DNA of 64,000 nucleotides from Candidatus Cloacimonadaceae bacterium (GTDB lineage Bacteria; Cloacimonadota; Cloacimonadia; Cloacimonadales; TCS61): NCBI GenBank assembly GCA_942491655.1, contig CALOBL010000013.1, positions 7,661 to 71,660 of the forward strand, read 5' to 3'. Shown piece by piece: positions 61,864 to 64,000 of this stretch (position 1 is its first letter; each line of letters starts with the position of its first letter). The notes under the pieces were generated by a model. It saw only the letters and a program-made list of their open reading frames with translations, ran no database searches and was not told where the DNA came from. The position numbers and the translations under genes were made by a program.

Positions 61864-62082
61864 CTAAAAATCTATAACAGGTCTAATCCTGATCTCTTTT
61901 CCCTTGAAAAGATCCCTGATCATTAAAACCAGAAATGAAAAGGGAAGTATTTCCAGATATTGCCTGATCTCATTTTCTTTTTCTTCTTCTGCCAGCAACC
62001 TGTTCTCGGAATAGATCAAAATGGATTTTTTCAGATGCGAGGGAGCCTTAATAAGACCTTTTGAATTGATCGTATTCTTCAT
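61864..62082 (-). CDS. Possible small anti-sigma-like membrane protein
   Basis: Its start overlaps the sigma-factor stop by 4 nt; single hydrophobic helix (ILPFSFLVLMI). Assigned by position only. Confidence 0.35.
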   Translation of the reverse strand: MKNTINSKGLIKAPSHLKKSILIYSENRLLAEEEKENEIRQYLEILPFSFLVLMIRDLFKGKEIRIRPVIDF

Positions 62083-62630
62083 AATAAAACTCCTTTTTTA
62101 AGACCTTCATTTTCGACTGAAACAAGCAGTTTTTTTAAATAGTGAATAGCATATCTATATTGGGAAGCTATAGTATTACGGTTCCGGTTAAGCATTTCAG
62201 CAATTTCATCATAGGTCATTTTCTCAAAAATATGCAGATGCAGCACTTCATAAAAGGAAGATTTTTCTTGAGCCAGGATCTGAAGAGAATGCTGCAATTC
62301 AACTTCATCTACAGGAAAATCATCTGCTTCAGAAATTTCTTCGTCCGGAAGATCATATTCGGAACTTAATGCTATGGTTTTCCTTCTTCGGCCGGTATTT
62401 CGCAGCAGGTTCAAAGCTATTTTAAATAGGTATCCACGTGGATTTCTGATCGTTTTTGCATGAAGTGCATCAATAAACCTGATATAGCTTTCCTGAAAAA
62501 TATCCTCAGCATCACTACTGCTTCTGTTTTGCAGAAAAGTATAAAGAGAATCTTTAGTGAGTTTATAGAACTCATCAAATGCCAGCGGATTTCCCTTTTT
62601 ATACTCAAGGATCAATTCATAATCACTCAT
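62079..62630 (-). CDS. ECF-type RNA polymerase sigma-70 family factor
   Basis: Region 2 (DAEDIFQESYIRF) and region 4 HTH (MTYDEIAEMLNRNRNTIASQYRYAIHYLKK). Confidence 0.85.
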   Translation of the reverse strand: MSDYELILEYKKGNPLAFDEFYKLTKDSLYTFLQNRSSSDAEDIFQESYIRFIDALHAKTIRNPRGYLFKIALNLLRNTGRRRKTIALSSEYDLPDEEISEADDFPVDEVELQHSLQILAQEKSSFYEVLHLHIFEKMTYDEIAEMLNRNRNTIASQYRYAIHYLKKLLVSVENEGLKKGVLL

Positions 62631-62736
62631 TTTGCCTTCCTCACTTATAAAGACACAAAATGGAGAAAATAGTTTTAAAAAAAATGACCGGATCCCTAAA
62701 AAAATGAAATCCGGCCACAGTTTTTAAAAACATTGG

Positions 62737-64000
62737 TTATACTTTTTCAACTTCCTTAACATGTTTTCTGGTTGTCAGGAAATACAAAGCCGGGATCACA
62801 TATAAAGTCATGAAAGTTGCCACAATAATACCACCAATACTAATGATACCCAGTGGCTGTCTCATTTCCGAACCGGCTTCTCCAATCGCAAGAGCCATGG
62901 GCAGCATCCCGAAAATAATAGCAACAGCGCTCATCAGGATCGGCTTGAATTTGGTCGGGCTGGCTTCCAGCAGAGCTTCTCTGGTAGACTTTCCTTCCTC
63001 CCTCAGCTGTTGAGTATAATCCATGATCAGAATAGCAGCATTCACCACGATCCCCAGCAACATTATAATTCCCATCATCACCATCATACCTATGCTTAAC
63101 CCGGTTAAATATAGACTTATCATAACACCGATCATAGCCAGCGGCATGGTCAGAAGGATCAATACCGGTTTTGTGAAACTTTCAAGAATTGCTGCCAACA
63201 GCATGTATGTTAATAGAATAGCTATCATAAAAGCTTTTCCCATTTCACGGTTGTTCTCGGCCATCATTTCGCTGGTACCACCCCAATTGAAACTGAAGCC
63301 TTCCGGCAGATCTGTATTATCCTGTAGTTTCTGCAGTTCGCCAACTATGTTTCCCAACACATATCCGGCTCCAATATCACCTGTAAATTGTGCTGATTTC
63401 ATCTTATCTCTATGTACGATCTTCGTAGCTCCAGTGGTAAATTCTATATCTGCCAGTTGAGATAACCGATAAGCCCCAAAAGGACCGATCACAGGGATAT
63501 TCTTAATTTTTTCTGGCGAATCTATCGCATCACCCTGTAATGAAATTACAACGTCATACTCCTCACCACCATCACGATAACTTGTGGCTGTTAAACCGGC
63601 AATTGAGCTTCTCATTGTAAGTGCAATATCATAGATCGTCAGGCCTGCGGCCGCTAATTTATCCCGTTTGGGAACCAAGGTTATTTCCGGTTTTCCAGCT
63701 TTCAGATTGCTGTCAAAGTTGATCAATCCCTTTATCCCTTTTGCTTCTTCAAGGAAATTTTTAGTGATCACGCTCAGATCTTCCATATTTGTTCCCATCA
63801 GGAAAAACTCAATCGGTGAGTCTCCACTACCCATCGATTGACTAGGGGAAACCTTGATCTTGGCATTAGGCACCACAGATAGTTCCATTATCAGCTTATC
63901 AACCAGTTCATTAGTCGTTAATTTCCTTTCTTCCACCGCTATCAGGGTAATATCTACTGAAGCAATATTTACTGCTTCATCTATCCTGCCCTGACTTCCC
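62737..64000 (-). CDS. RND efflux transporter permease (AcrB/CzcA family), C-terminal part; the gene continues past the window end
   Basis: A periplasmic loop and C-terminal transmembrane bundle typical of RND pumps. The frame stays open upstream of the ORF-track GTG to position 64000 (…GSQGRIDEAVNIASVDITLIAVEERK…). Confidence 0.85.
   Translation of the reverse strand, partial: GSQGRIDEAVNIASVDITLIAVEERKLTTNELVDKLIMELSVVPNAKIKVSPSQSMGSGDSPIEFFLMGTNMEDLSVITKNFLEEAKGIKGLINFDSNLKAGKPEITLVPKRDKLAAAGLTIYDIALTMRSSIAGLTATSYRDGGEEYDVVISLQGDAIDSPEKIKNIPVIGPFGAYRLSQLADIEFTTGATKIVHRDKMKSAQFTGDIGAGYVLGNIVGELQKLQDNTDLPEGFSFNWGGTSEMMAENNREMGKAFMIAILLTYMLLAAILESFTKPVLILLTMPLAMIGVMISLYLTGLSIGMMVMMGIIMLLGIVVNAAILIMDYTQQLREEGKSTREALLEASPTKFKPILMSAVAIIFGMLPMALAIGEAGSEMRQPLGIISIGGIIVATFMTLYVIPALYFLTTRKHVKEVEKV

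Overview
AT-rich bacterial chromosomal window. At least ten secreted proteins end in a type-A T9SS C-terminal sorting domain (NYPNPFNP...G[IV]YFYKL...KKMLLLK). This points to the Fibrobacteres-Chlorobi-Bacteroidetes superphylum and looks Cloacimonadota-like, though I cannot verify the taxon. Contents, left to right: a TonB-dependent receptor; a LamG/C-type-lectin adhesin-like gene with four frameshifts; two S74 tail-fibre-like genes, the second decayed and chimeric; a BNR/Asp-box T9SS cargo; a PEGA+DUF2135 lipoprotein; a large TPR protein with a possible PIN-like C-terminus; a csp/RRM RNA-binding pair; and tRNA-Arg(TCG) next to a perfect ~152-bp direct repeat that carries the tRNA 3-prime end. 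A 20-kb run of T9SS cargo enzymes follows: M14 carboxypeptidase, S8 subtilase with beta-helix, a second M14, a TrmB-like regulator plus beta-helix protein, a C25 gingipain-like peptidase and two PPAD/agmatine-deiminase-family genes. The rest is an FN3 cargo, an NCS2 permease with a double-Cache lipoprotein, a membrane protein with a winged-helix regulator, a GHL10-like protein, a signal-peptide-bearing SagB-like nitroreductase, an AIM24-family protein, an M42 peptidase, a 1.48-kaa hybrid histidine kinase, an ECF sigma module and a partial RND pump. Three things stand out. (1) The gingipain-like, carboxypeptidase and PPAD-family genes are clustered. (2) Short interspersed repeat families occur in intergenic DNA and also inside the loops of the T9SS sorting-domain coding sequence; one is a 91-nt palindromic insertion that frameshifts a sorting domain, and another carries an in-frame TGA. 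(3) Frameshifts are strongly clustered in a few genes, while about 30 kb of other long ORFs are intact. No CRISPR array, rRNA, integrase, transposase or recognisable defence system was seen.
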